This document shows positions 14,441-28,644 of a stretch of 64,000 nt of DNA, one piece after another. Below the pieces are notes generated by a model that was not told the DNA's origin, made no database searches, and worked only from the letters and a program-made list of their open reading frames with translations. Position numbers and translations under genes: made by a program. The stretch lies in the NCBI RefSeq assembly GCF_009914755.1, contig NC_060934.1, one strand, 5' to 3'. How positions within the stretch are numbered: the stretch's first letter is position 1; the number at the start of each line of letters is the position of its first letter. The DNA comes from the human T2T-CHM13v2.0 reference genome, Homo sapiens.

Positions 14441-17260
14441 TCTTGTAAGGTTAGCAGTGAGCTGGAGTTGACACCAAGCAGGGCCAGCATGCCTGTTACC
14501 TTCTGGAGCAACTGCCCATTAACGGCTAATGGCTTGATCTTAACTCACAGAATCCCTAAAACCCATTAATGTCACCCAAGCCCATCTTTGCAGCCCAATT
14601 CTACCTCCAGGAAACACAGAGCTGGTGGCTGATATGGGCAGCAGAGTGTCACCCGTCTTTGGTTTATGAGCCCCCAAAAATGATCCTCTGGCTTATGACA
14701 ACCTGATGCAGCCCAGGAAATGCCTGCAACATGCCCACTAGCAGCTGGGAACCCCTCTGTGAGGAAGAGAACGTTTTACATTAAGAATCCCTTTGTTTTG
14801 CAGCAGAGACTATTCAGGTCACACATGTGTGGCCTCTCAGTTCTTTGAGCCATTTGAAGTTCTCTATCCTTGCTGGGAGGCTGAGCTCTCCATGGAAACC
14901 TGGTCCTATAGTGAGAGGAGCAGACCCTCTGGAAACACCTTTTTACACCTGACCAAAGCAGCCAGTCATGGGCCAGTGATGCAACAAGGTCAACCGGTGC
15001 ATTCTGGCCCCTCAGAAAAGCAGCCCCCGGGAAGGTCAGGAGGAGGCTGCTGACTCCCTCTTCCCCTGCAGCCGCCCCAAGCACACCCAGGAGCCCTGCA
15101 GGTTTGGGTTCACCAGGTGCCAGCAGGTCCCACGATGCTGCATTTCTTACGAGCTCCTGGAGGATGCAGATGGTCCTGGTCAGAGGCTGCATTCTGAGTA
15201 TCAGGAGCCATGGGGCAACGTTTCTGCGATTGAGGAAGGGGCATTTCTGGGGTGGGCAGAACAAAGGTCTTTGGCTGAGCTGGAGCATCCGCCTCCATCA
15301 GTGTTTTCCGGCAACTGTACTATCCATCGTCTTCCCTTCCCACAGCTGACCATGGCTTTGGAAAATGCTCTGAAACTTTCTTTTCAGAAGAGTTGACTCC
15401 CAACTCCACACTTAGGGGAAGTCAAGCCTACTTCTCAGAATTCAGAGAAGGCATAAAAAAGAATTCATTTCTAAAGGCCCTTTAGAAGTAACTTCAGGTC
15501 TGACAGCGGCCAGCTAATTTCTGGTCGCCTTCCAGGAATCTTCTGACTGCAAAAAAAAAAGCATTTACCACCTGAACACAAACCCAGTTACAGATAGAAA
15601 AACATAGTCATTTAAATAGAATATAAGCATCTGGCCTCTGCCCATCATAATGGAGTAACACAAAAATCTATTTTCAAAAGGAAACTAAATATTATTGACC
15701 AAAACATGAATGGGGAGACCTCAGGGTGATACAGCTCTTGCCTGGATGGAATTTGTAATCAAGAGGATGAGACAGGATTGTAACTTGTGCCAATGTGAAA
15801 GGGTTTGCTCAGGTATCATTCATTTTGCTTAAATGCATGGGTAATTTCCAAAGTTCTTTGGAGCTGAATTTCACAATTTAGTGCAGGTCCTGGTGAGCCC
15901 ACCTTGACTTATCTCACAGTACAATGCAGTGGCGTGGCTACAATGCTGGGCAAGAGAAGCCAATGTCAACAGCCCAGGAGTGGCTGGGTCCTTACCAGGC
16001 TCCCAGGCATGCTTCATGGTGGGCCCTGGGCTGGGAGGAACAGCACCTTTGCCTGGTCCATGAGTATCTGGGTCAAACTCTCCTGTGGACACAGAAGGCC
16101 ATGGCGACAGGCATTCCCAGGAAAAGAAAAGGGCAGCAGCTGAAATCGTCAGGTGGAGAAGGCAGTCATCCTTGCTCAGTCAACTCTAATCCGGCTGCCT
16201 CCTCCTCAGCTTCAGGGTGAACCTAAGCTGTGTCTTTGGTATCTGATGGGCATTAGGTGCTGGTGAAAAAGCTGGAGGGTCCTTTGGGATATTACAGAAG
16301 CCCAATCTAGCCTTGTATTCAATATCTAGGCACTCTCACCCCTGAAGTTCTACGTTTCCAGATTTCTGAAAACATGGGAAAGCATGTGTGTGATGTCTGA
16401 GGTCCCCCTCAGCCTCTGGTGTAGGGTTAGGAGGGCTCTAAAGGGTGGCAGCTCCAGTGTCCCAGTGGGGCCTGAAGTTGGTCCCTTCCCTTCCCAGCTC
16501 CCATCCATGGTTTAGCCCAATCCCTTCCGTACCTAAGAGTACTGCACATGGATGCTCCACGCAGAGCCTCTGCTCCACTCCCAGGAAGTGGGATCTGCAC
16601 AGCTGGGGCTGAATAGCTGTCTGTTAAAGAACAGACCTATGAAACAAGCATTCTGACATCATTTCCTACAGAAGCACATTTTTAAATAGCTCAGATTCTT
16701 GTCCCAGTACTGGAGCCTAGGTGTTGCTGGGGTTCCTGGGATGAAAAGGTCCCTAAAGGCGGGGTTCTCCTGCAGTTTAGCTCAGAGCAGAGACAGCAGG
16801 ATGCACTGTCGTGGGGGTTATCTGTTCTGTGAGGCCAGGCTTGTGGCTCAGGATATTCCATGCATTCTCAAAAATTAGGACCCCTTTCCCTCCACTCTGT
16901 TCTATCCCAGACGTGCAGCAGCTGAAGAGTGGCCAGGCCCATTCCTGGACATCCACTTGGACCTGGCTACTTCTACACCTCCTGAAAAAGGGATAGCTCC
17001 CTGGGGCCCCCTGGGAGGGGCACACGCACTTCCAGGTGCTTCTCACACACTCTCCTGGAATAGGGCTGCAAAATATGTTTTCTGCCCAACTATGCTGTGT
17101 CAGCAAACTTCCTAAGGTTCTCAACCTTTCTGCCTCCTGCACCCTCCCTCCCCTGGTAGGGCTTCTAAGAAACACACCTGGGATCCTCATCTGAGTGAGC
17201 CAGCTGGTTTGTAGAAGTCATTTGCTAGAAGTCTTTGTAGTAGGTGTAGTAAAAAACTCA

Positions 17261-17565
<305 letters not shown>

Positions 17566-18797
17566 TCAGAGGCAGTGACAGAAGCCCTTTCTATTTCTAC
17601 CTATTTCTGCCTTGAATGCCAGTTCTAGATGGGGCTGAACTTGCTACCGCGCCTTAGAGCTCAGGCACAAACTCACTGTGCCCACGAAAGTCCGAGTCCC
17701 GTTTGGAGATGGGGTAAAGACAGGCGTGCGACCTGGGGAGTGCAGAGCAGAAACACCACTGGACCCCTAGAGCAAGCAAGCTGGGCAGGCCCATATTCCC
17801 AACACCCCACGATGCCCTCATCGCAGAATGACAAGCCACGTTAGCACTGGGGCCAACCCACATCACTTGCTAAGGTATCAGCTTGGTCTTGCCTGTTATT
17901 TTGTTCATAGAATTAACATAACAGACCAACAAACAGCAAGAGCTGCAACTGAGAGTATGCACTAGACTTGAGCCGCTTGTGCCTGCAATATGTTTTGCCA
18001 GAGGGACGTGACAATGACACCAGCCGACATTCTCATTCTACAAAGAAAACCCAGGGATTACAGGAGAGGTTGTATAGGATCTCAGCATGACTTTCTAGAT
18101 TCTGGTAGAAAGAAATGTTGAGTATGTCAGTAGGGATCAGGAATCGCAAGTTCTACTGAGACAACAGTCAGAGCTGAGCATCGCAGCAAATGCGGCAGTT
18201 AGGAAATGACTCCTTGTGCTAAGCAACCTCTCCACAGAAGCAGTGTGACTGCTTCTGTCCAGGTGGACAGACCATTGTGAGTGCACTGACATGTTTCGTG
18301 GAGGATTCACAAGACAAAACGAGGACTGGCCAGCCAACAGAACTACTCTTGGTTGCATCCTAAGAACCCAGCCTTGTGCGAGGGGCCGTGGAGAATGCAG
18401 AACACAACTTCACAGTAGCAAATCCTATACTCACCCACCTGCGCTGGAACACACACACACCGGCGCTGGAATGCACGCATGCACGGCCCAAAGGAGGCCC
18501 CACGGGAGCAGTTCTCCTGGTTACCTGGTTTGTACTTGACCGGTCACGGTGAGGGCTGCCATCTGAGAAGCGGGAGCCTGTGAAGAAGCATCTCTCCCTC
18601 GCTATCTTCTGCTTCATCCGATGCAGCCCTGCAGGTCTCACACCAGCCGTTCACTTTCACACACCCAAAGCCTCATTCTCAGTCAGCGTGGGATTGTCCT
18701 GAAGGAAAGTTTGGGGTCAGGGGAGGCAAGTGAAATTCGAACACAAAGGCAGTCAGATTACACCTGGTGCCATGTGTGAAGATTTTAGTTCCATTGA

Positions 18798-19100
<303 letters not shown>

Positions 19101-19389
19101 TAGCTCCATTGATTTTTCTTGTGAATAAACACTTATTTTCATGGAACCACTAGTCTGAAGGCCAGTTGATCTGCTACTGCTTTCCCAAAGACAAAGCCAT
19201 AAGAATTCCCAGATCTTGGGCAAAAGATGCAGCTTTTGGTTGTCAAATGGATAAAGACAATTTGGGGTGGAACAGTCAAGTACTCGTACTTCCTGACACG
19301 CAAAGGTTCCCTACGATACAGCTGATAGAAAGCATTTGCACACAGGACTCACGCTGTTTGTCCCCAAATTACCAATAATCTGTACACTT

Positions 19390-22300
19390 GCAGCAAAATG
19401 TGAACAAATATATTTAGATATATTTAAAAGAATTAAAAAAAACATTTCACAAAACATTTGTTGCCATAGGAATTATTTTTAGCAATAAATGCCCACATCA
19501 AAATTTAAACATTTTTCAAAGTATGATTATCTGTACTAAGTAATGCAACAAATTATGTAAACAGAGTCAGATACATTTCCCTGTAGGAGTCACTTCCTTC
19601 CCGGGATTAAAGCTGTCCCAGACATCTTTCCAGGGGACCAATTAAGAAACTGCTATTTTCAGAGCAACAAAAATAAAAGCTTTTATTTGTTCATTTGAAT
19701 ATAAAACAGGCGTTATCACAGATGTACAAAGCGTACTGGTGGTTTAACATACAAGAAGGTTGCTGTCCTTTGCACATAAAAATTTTGTTTGAAACTGTGG
19801 CTGGTTGAGTACATGAGTTTCTCTAACCAGTCACCACACTCTGAAATAACGCTGCTAACATTCAACTGATAAAAGGGACCATCTCCCTTGGGTAAAGTGT
19901 CAAGCAGGATTAAATATATATAATAAACAAGCACCATGAGGAATCTGCTCCTGTTTGATTAGGTCTGTGTTTATATGTTCACTGTGTACCCTCTTTTTGT
20001 GCAAGTTGATTACACGGTTTTGTCTGACTTCAAAAGCACAAGGTCACAAGACAAACATTTTTTACAATCTCATGAATGATTTATCTACAGTACAATTTTG
20101 AATACAGAATGACCCTTCTTTATTGCTGAAACTGGTGGTACTAAGTGTCTCCTTTCCTTTCTCTTGCACAACCAAATTTCAATCTCAGTCCACCAACTCT
20201 TTTGAGCCTAAACTCTAACTAATCAGAGTTGACAGGATGCAGAAGAGGCGGCTGCTAACTGCCCTCACAACTGCACTGCAGCGTCCACACTCCTTGAATG
20301 TAGAGTTGATCTGGTGACAGTTGAAATTATGTTTGAAGTGACATCTACATTTGTTTTGCTTCCTGACTTCAGCTGGACCTCAAAGCTGTCCTGCACACTG
20401 CAGCTAATGTTTCATAGTCAGTGCCTGGCCTGAAGCCCCAAACCTACCTCCCTTTCAACAAGGTGGGTGGGTGTAGGAAAATGTCTTTTTTCCCCCCAAT
20501 GTGTGGTGGTTCCCCCCTTAGGAAGCAGAGACTAGGAATGTGCATCTGAAGCATGTGGAGAAATATTCACACACAGCAATGAGGTCAAACAATATTTCAA
20601 GAATCAAATGGTTTGTGGAGATGGAAGGATGCACCACATATGCAGACACATTTTTTTAAATGTGCCACTTTTTTTTTTTTTTTTTTTTTAACAACAATCA
20701 GCCTTGGATCTCAGAAGTCAAACAAAACTCTTTTAGCAAAAGGCTTACTGCTGACTGCATATAGCAAAGGCAGAGAAAGACGCTGCCCACAACATAATGA
20801 AAGATCATCTACATTTTGCCCAGCATCAATCTTAGTCATGCATATCTAGCACCGAGAGCCACTGCGGGGTCACACTGGGGCAGTTACAGAACACATCTTT
20901 CTCGGAGTGCAGATGCTCCTTCTTGGTTGGACACCGTGGGCCAATTCAATTTAGAAGTGCACAGGTGAGCTCTGAGAAGGTGTGGCCAGGAGCTGCCAGG
21001 GCAGAAACTGGGGCGCACTCGTCCACAGGCGGCAAACGACGCAGCTGGAGGACTTCTTGCTTCAGCCGGAGCTCTGGCATGAACCCCCGGGGAACTGTGC
21101 TCACTGAGCGAGGGAGCCCCAGAGGCTCACACAGAGCGGGCTGGGTCTTAAGACGAGGGGACGATCACCGATGTGAGTTCCGGACACTTTGTCCACTCCA
21201 CATTGGCCATCAGAGGGGGAATCAATGCAACCCAGTGCGAATGACCACAGAATCGCATTCCTTTTCGTAGCAAGGACCAAAAAAAGATGACATTAACAAA
21301 AATGATGAAAAACATTGTGCAATGAATTCTTGCAGCTAAGAAAACAGTGCTATTTGCCAACCTAAAGCCCCTCAGTATCATCAGCACACGCTGGCATAAA
21401 CACATTCACTGTTGTCCCACAGCAAAGAAAAAAATAGTGCACATTGAGCTTTGAATTCTTTTGCCATCCTTGAGATGGCAATAATTTCACTTGCTGGTCT
21501 CTGGTTCTAGAAGAAACTTTTAGACAGGGCTCCTGCGGTCTGCGACTGCTGGCAACAGCAGAGTGTATGTGAGTACGGGGGGCACACCATGCAAGTGACA
21601 AGTTCTGCATCTTAAACTTTAAAATCTCCTTTGTTCATTAGTGAATTTATATTTCATATATATATATTTGTTGTGATACTATCCACGCAAGATAATACAA
21701 CACTTTTTTATATTAGCAAACATTACAAGACTTTAATATTCTTGAATGTTTTTCTCTTTTATAGTTCTAAAGAGATCAAAATAAATTAAACGTTTTGTAC
21801 ATAATTACATATTGAGGAAGTTAACTTATTTTATCTTTTTAGTTTAGTACAAAGATATTTGCAAGATAATTGCCGAAATACACCTTATTTATAATTTCTT
21901 CTCATTCTATACTAACTTCGAAGGCCGTATACCAGCCTTTGTTTCTTCAGCACATTTCTGACAAAGAAAGCTGCTATTATCTAATTGGAAGGTGCTATTT
22001 GGAAGGTTTTCTCGTACCTCAAACTTTCCTAAAAGGATGAGATCTAGCAATGGCTTAAATTAGTAACAGATCCATGTCATTAAGATTTCATGACACATTA
22101 AAACAGAGAAAACAATTCTTTGTCACACTACATAAATTGTTTAAAAGAACCCATCTGGAGGGCAGGATATTTTTTTAATTGCTATTTCGGCTTAACAAAA
22201 TACCACATTTACGAAGAAAGCACTTATTATCCAATAATTAAAAAAGAAAGAAAAGAAAAGAAAGTTTTTGAAATGGGCTTTTCCAACAAACTGAAGGCAG

Positions 22301-22523
22301 TAATCCAAAGTCCTTCTGAGCGAAATTCAGTGGTAAATTCACATTTCACCCCCATGCCAATCGTGGCTGCTGTGAGAAGTCCTCTTCCTCCTCCTCTTCC
22401 TCCTCCACTCTCACCACAAATGGCTGTATTCTGGTGAGTGTTGCCCTGTGTCTGCACGCTTCAGTGGACACGGAGAACAATGTCTACATCTCTAGAAAAG
22501 TCCATGGAAGCCAAGAGACGAGA
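19390..22523 (-). other. DIP2C: DIP2C 3'UTR (~3 kb; distal end approximate)
   Basis: Follows the TAG; free of recognisable interspersed repeats and AU-rich until the Alu ending at ~19100. Minus-strand poly(A) hexamers: ATTAAA 21732-21737, AATAAA 20119-20124 and 19682-19687. Confidence 0.7.
19682..19687 (-). terminator. Candidate DIP2C polyadenylation signal AATAAA
   Basis: tttatt on + strand; U/GU-rich sequence follows on the minus strand (ttttatttttgttgct). Confidence 0.55.
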
Positions 22524-22776
22524 CTACATGTTGTAGGCCACATAGATGGGGTCTAGCTGGTCTGCCAAAAACCCGTCTCGCAGGTGCATGCGCTGCTTCT
22601 CCCCACGGGAGTTGATGGGGATGACGCCGATGTCCACCACGACCACCACTCCGACGATCAGGTAGTGCTCCTCCAGGACCACGTTGGTCACCAAGGGAAC
22701 CAGGTCCAAGGCTTCTTGTTCCGACCCATCCAGCTCAACCACAACCACCAACAAATTTGTCCAGGTAAACACAGCA
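22524..22776 (-). CDS. DIP2C: DIP2C terminal coding exon: (C)AVFTWTNLLVVVVELDGSEQEALDLVPLVTNVVLEEHYLIVGVVVVVDIGVIPINSRGEKQRMHLRDGFLADQLDPIYVAYNM*
   Basis: Acceptor ttcttttctgtcttttAG at 22777-22778, TAG at 22524-22526. Peptide matches the DIP2-family C-terminus; the combination LDGSEQEAL / VDIGVIP / RDGFL fits DIP2C rather than DIP2A/B as I recall them. Phase matches the previous exon (TG|T = Cys). Confidence 0.96.
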
Positions 22777-23190
22777 CTAAAAGACAGAAAAGAAAGCCAT
22801 CATTATATGTTTATTAATGCTTTATTTAATAGCCGTGGTTTCAAAGTTCCACTTGGCTCTCTCTGACCTGCCTGAGCACTGCCCGACAGTCTCCTCCGGC
22901 CTCTCCACGTCCTCCGTCTGCCGCCCACTAATCGTTCCCCATACAGACTTCCTGGCGACAGCACCTGTCGGTGTTTCCTACCAGCCTTCTCTCTCGGTGG
23001 CTTCTGCGACTGTTTCACCATCTTCCCGAGTTCCCATTTCTAGCACAGCATCACTCCACCTGGCCAGCGGAGTCTGTGTTCCAGTGCTGCCTCTTTGCTG
23101 CTGCCTGGAGGACCAATGCCCTCACTGAACAGTGCAGTGTGCCATCAGCCTCGTACCCTCAAGGCAGCCCTGTGCCTCCTGCTTCCAGAC

Positions 23191-23500
23191 CCCCAGCTCT
23201 GCTGCTGAGGGCCGTGCGTGCGGAGGCCGAGGGCAGGGGTGCCTACTCCTCTCTGTCTGTGCGGTGGCCCCGAGTCCAGCTCTGCTGCTGAGGGCCATGC
23301 GTGTGGACGCCGAGGGCATGGGTGCCTACTCCTGTCTGTGCGCCCGAGTCCAGCTCTGCTGCTGAGGGCCGTGCGTGTGGACGCCTAGGGCATGGGTGCC
23401 TACTCCTCTCTGTCTGTGCACCCGAGTCCAGCTCTGCTGCTGAGGGCCGTGCGTGCGGAGGCCAAGGGCATGGGTGCCTGCTCCTCTGTCTGTGCAGTGC
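23191..23500. repeat. ~74-83-bp GC-rich minisatellite (4 units) in the last DIP2C intron
   Basis: ccagctctgctgctgagggcc at 23193, 23276, 23350 and 23428. Confidence 0.9.
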
Positions 23501-26398
23501 GCCTGAGTGGGGGTGTGTTTCCCAGTCCTGGGGCTTGGGCTCAGCATGGAACCTGGTCAGCCTGTGTTAGGGAGATGAATGCCGGTGGAGGCTCCAGGAG
23601 GGCTGGATATGGGGGCTTCTCCTGGCGTGCCTGTGCCATTGCAAGGATGGGGACACACCTGGGCTGGCCCTTGGGTCCGGAGGATAAGAAACACGTGGAG
23701 AAGAGCCACCAGTCCTGTGCCCAGCTAAGCTGCTTGCCCCAGCTGAGCCAGCCCCTTGAACGCAGATGTGGGGACATTGTAACAACTCTCTCTAAAGCAC
23801 TGAGCATGGGCTGGCTGCCATACAGCCATGGCTAACCCATGTGCAGGGAAAAGTCTTCTGGAATATGGAAGATTCACTCAGAAATGTTTTATCTGGGATC
23901 GAGTCATCTTTCAGCAGGACAGGCACCAGAGGATTAAGTCTGCCCAACTGGCAGAAGCAAAAACCCGGTGCTTTACAGTTTAAAGGATATTTAATGGCTT
24001 TTGGAACTAACTGTTTAAGGGCCCTGACATTCACAGAGCCTGGTACTTGAGGTCTGCTTGGCTGAGGAGGCCAGAAGGTTCCCGGGCAGAGTGGGCTGGA
24101 TGGAGACCAGGCTCCAGGGCTGCTCGTATCTGCTCTCACGCACCTGACAAACATGTTCTATCCCAGCTTGAGGCAGGAGATATTTTAGGAAACTCACTAT
24201 TGTTCTAAGTGGGAGAGTAAGTCAGTTAGGAAAAAAACGCATATTTTATTCAGTATGGCCAACCTATGTTAAATTGAAAGGGAAAATTGGAGAATTTTCC
24301 TGGAAATTCTCAACAGTTCTCCTGGATTTTGCTTTGTGACTGCCGCATGCCTATGGAGCATGCTAAGAGCTGTTTCCCAGAGGATGTGCTGGTGCTTAAT
24401 TCCTGTCATACTGCTCCTGGTGATGTTAAAATGTTGCTCTACATGGCCCATGTGAGCCCACATTGTGAATCTGTCATATCACAGATATAGACGTCTCAGG
24501 CGCATTTGGTATACTTTTATTACGGCATTTGAAATGTATGGAATAGTCCTAGAGTATCCAAATCTGCTTGGCTCTCCGGAGGAATCAGCTTGGCTCTCTG
24601 GAGGAACAGAGCTGGCCGAGGGTGTGCTTGCTCCACTATCTCCTCTGCCAGGGACCTATGGGGTGGTGCCAGTGACTCTCAGAGCTTTTACAGGAGCTGT
24701 GCACGCTATTTAATGCTGAGAACAACTGATGAGAAATGAGAAAGTTTGTTTGGCTTGAATTTGGCAACATGGAGAGTCCCATTCCACAGCGCTGGGTGTC
24801 ACAGCCGCATTTCTCAGCATGGAGCAGCCGATGGTGGCCCCAAGGGGCAGTGCAGGGAGGCTGGGAGAGGGAAGGTGGAGCAAAGCAGTTTGTACCTGGA
24901 TCATCTCAAACATTCAAAAGTCCACTCAAAGGACACTGTGTGGGCAAGGGGCATGTGAGCCCCTGACCCGGTGAGGGACAGATCCAGTTTGGAGGTCACA
25001 TGGCAGGTAACAGCAGCGACATTTGTTACAGAATAAGCACCACGGTCTAGAAGCCCACAGAGGGCACCAGCGAGGCCCTCGATGCACACCTTTTAGCGGT
25101 AAACCAGACAGAAAATGCTTGAGGGAGGTCACACAAGCCAATTAAAATTGTTTTCTTAAAAATACAAAAACGGAAGGCTGTAACTGATATTCGTAGCTAT
25201 TTAGACGGAAAATAAGGTAGGCCCTGGCCGAGTTTCTGGGCCAAAGTCTTCCTAGAGTTTCTGTCTTCTCTGTATACTCAAGGAGAGAAGTGTCAAGGAA
25301 ATCGACAATCTGAGGACTTTTGAGAGTAGGGGCTTAGCCAACTTGAGCCACACGAACACGGACAGGTATGCAGACTTGATCTTGTAAATTCTGCCAAGGC
25401 CTTAGTGTTCAAATTCAGCAAATGGCAGTAAGTACCAGCCTTTATTGCATCTCAGCTAGCTAAGAGGAGGAAAGAACAATCTCAGAACCCATCCTTTCAA
25501 CCCAGAAGAGCTGTTCATGAGAGTGCAGAACATACCTCCCTCAGGGTTTCTGACCTGAGACTGAGACCAGTTTCACCAGGTGCCCCTCAGTTAGCACCCG
25601 GTCTGTTATCAAGGGAATGAACAAGTCTAAAGCCAACGGTGTTGAGTCACTTTTCATCCGAACTGCCAATCTAAAGGCACTGAACAAGCCTGTAAAACTC
25701 CCCGGCCCTGGCCGACTTAACTTACGGCACTCCAGCATCCAATCCACTCCCACACCTCAGAAGAACCTACTGCTGAATCTCCGGCAGCACCATTGACATA
25801 CTCAGCACTTCACAACAGATTAAATGGGCCAGAGAGAAAGACAAAGTCCCAGCCTCAGAGTCCTCACCTGGGCCCAGAGCAGAGTCTGCCCCCAGGCAGC
25901 AGGTGCGACGCACACACCTTGTCACTGTCAGCCTTAACTCAAGCAATTCTTCCTTTGGAAGTCTCTTCTGGGGTCTGGACAAACGCTGCCTCTCCTTCTC
26001 ACTGAAGTTTTCCCATGTCTCATGTTACTTCCAGTTCCCAAGTCAACAGTCATAAAAGTATTTTCTGTGCCTACATATGTGTGAGGTTTGTTTTCTTCCT
26101 ATATCATGATTTTGTAAATTAAAAACCAAACAATTTGGCTTCCTGGAAAATGTTGTCAAGTAGTTTTCACGGCAATAGAAGTCTATCGTTTTCAGGTAAT
26201 ATATGGTACATTAACTCTACATGTGGCATGTTCTTTTGTTGCTTTAACCCCAAAAGATAAAGATTTATAGTCAAATGTTGAATCGCACCCCCTTCCCTAC
26301 CTTAACAAAACTCTCCTCCACCGCCGTGCTCTCCACATTCTCAATGCTTCACAAACTCTGCTCCTGATTTGGGTACAAGCTGCAAGCTCACGACTTAC

Positions 26399-26522
26399 CA
26401 TTCCGTAACGCTTTTATGGGCTCTGATGACCGAGGTCTCAATGTCGATTGGGTGGTACCGCATGCCCCGCAGCTCCATGGCTTCGTCCAGTGCCCCTACC
26501 ACGTAGAGGGCATCATGGCGCT
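26399..26522 (-). CDS. DIP2C: DIP2C penultimate exon (124 nt): (E)RHDALYVVGALDEAMELRGMRYHPIDIETSVIRAHKSVTE(C)
   Basis: ctccacAG acceptor, TG|GTAAGT donor; phases join both neighbours; resembles the adenylate-forming enzyme hinge (G.xD......G....P.DIE). Confidence 0.96.
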
Positions 26523-27234
26523 CTGTGGAGTAATGACAGCCTGCGTAAGCTTCCCCATAATGCCGCTCAAGCCGTTTCCTTCTTTTCTTAAAAAAAGATT
26601 AAAAACGACCCCCAAGTGAGACAGGGATGCAAAGGAAGGGGCTCACGGATCCAGGGACGTTTGTTTCCTTCTGCCACGGAGCTCCTTGGCAAGTGCTCGG
26701 CTCGTGTGCCAGTACCCCACAGGCTGGCTGCAAAGCCGCCATGCGCCCTCTACACTTGTGCTTTGGGAGAAGATCTTTCCTGGCTCAGCTTCGATATCCA
26801 GTCAACTGCCTGATTGCATGTTCATCGGGAGCAACTGAGGGGCGAAGTCGGCACCCAGCGGTCTGAGTTCCGTGGACCCATCGGCTGAGGCCTCGTCTGC
26901 CCAAGATCACACGGGATACAGTGCAGCCACAGTCAGACCAGCTCTGTGACTCTATCCCACACATGCTTCTCTGTGCTACTAATTCTGTGTATAAGTGGGA
27001 AAAGAAAGCATAGCTCTTGCTCTTGTTCATGAACATTTCCTTAGCTCATAGAGCCAGGAAATTTATTTCTATCCTTCTTGCAAACCTCAGCATAATGACA
27101 ATGACAACAAGTGGTCAGGTCCTATCTTTCCTTAATAAGGAAATATGTCCTAAATTTTTATAAGGTAGTAAGCATATTAGGGAAAATTTGAAAGGCATGA
27201 TTGACATATAAAATAACATCAGAGTTAAGTATTT

Positions 27235-27324
27235 TCTCCCATCCAAGTACTAACCAGGCCCGACCCTGCTTAGCTTCCGAGATCAGACGAGATTGGGCGC
27301 GTTCAGGGTGGTATGGCCGTAGAC
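27235..27324 (-). pseudogene. 5S rRNA pseudogene (nt 1-90, 3'-truncated, tailless)
   Basis: Reverse complement reads GTCTACGGCCATACCACCCTGAACGCGCCCAATCTCGTCTGATCTCGGAAGCTAAGCAGGGTCGGGCCTGGTTAGTACTTGGATGGGAGA, one mismatch to human 5S as I recall it; 17-bp TSD agag(t/a)taagtattttct at 27221-27237 and 27325-27341. Confidence 0.95.
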
Positions 27325-28469
27325 AGAGATAAGTATTTTCTAATTTAAATCAGACAAAGAAAGATGGAGACATTGACTCGGCCTCTGCCCCCTACAGCAG
27401 CTTTGCCTCTTCTCCTGTGGCAGGGACACGTCCTTCAGGGTATCCCTGCTTCCAGGACTCAGCGGGACGTGGCTTTCCTGGCCTTTCTCTAGGACTATAA
27501 ATTGCCACCAGCTTTTGCAGCTTCCAGGAACCTCAGGCAGTAGCCTCAAACTAGTCTATAATTTCCCACAATGCAAATGTCATGCCAGGATATTTCTGTA
27601 TGATTCCTAAACATAGCCTGTTGGGCCAGGCCATTGTAGGTATGTTAGAGAGGTATGTAAGGAAGCCTTACTGATGTCTGCAAACTCATCTCCCTGAGGT
27701 TTTGGTGAGTCAAGATCTCACCAGGAACCTCAACTGCCACTGTTGTGAAACAGCCAAGTCCTGCCTCTATTTTTAGCAGAACTAAGGAGGTGAGAAAGGA
27801 TTCTGGAATAAGCAAAGAATTAACTATACAAGTGCACTTTTACATGTCCATGTCATGAAATACCCCTGGCTTCACCCTGCTCTCCTCTGATGGGGCAAAG
27901 GCAATGCTGTCCACCTGGCTGCTCCACACCAGGCACCAGCATCAGCAGCACCAGGCCCTACTCTCTGATGAATGCATGGGCAGAGACAGCTGGCCACCAG
28001 GGCCCGAGAGCCTTGCGGCCTCCTCTTCCCTGACAGGGGCAGACCCAGTCCTAGAAGCAGCAGCATGCACGTTCCTGCAGCCACTGGGACAGCTTCTGTC
28101 TCAGATGGACCCCGTGGGAGCAGGCAGCCTTCAGGCTTGCTGAGGAGACTCTGTGGTCTGAGACTCTGAGCACTTTGCTGTGGGTGACACTGCAGCCCAT
28201 GCTCAGCAGCCATGCCCCTCTCCGGTTTTCAGTCAGCTCTTGGTTCTCAGGACAGGACAGGGTATGTGATGCACAGCTCAGCTTGTTGGACACATTTGCA
28301 TTTTGCTTTCCTCTTGCTCTTAAACTCGGTTCTTTTCACACTGGGTTGTAGCTAGCACACGTGCCCTCCTGGCTTTGGCTGCTGTAAACCTTGGGAAAGG
28401 CTTCTGTATCTACAGGAGCCTAACCTCTCTGCCCATCTGTTGGGGGTGGGCGCCAGCCTGGACTCTCAC

Positions 28470-28644
28470 CTCCATTTGCATCTGTGAGCTCAGTTCTCCG
28501 CAGGAACCCCAAGTAGCCTGTGCGTGCCCAGATGGTCTGGGTGTCTCCAAAACTTAGTCTTGAGTTGAAGTGATCTGACTGGAGGGATTCGTCTCCGTAA
28601 ATAGTGAAATAACCGCTGGCATTGTGGGCACTGTGAACCCAAAT
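28470..28644 (-). CDS. DIP2C: DIP2C exon (175 nt): IWVHSAHNASGYFTIYGDESLQSDHFNSRLSFGDTQTIWARTGYLGFLRRTELTDANG(E)
   Basis: tttgcAG acceptor, G|GTGAGA donor; GEIWV...SGY and RTGYLG (RTGDLG-like) adenylation-domain motifs; lies within ORF 28420..28650. Confidence 0.96.
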
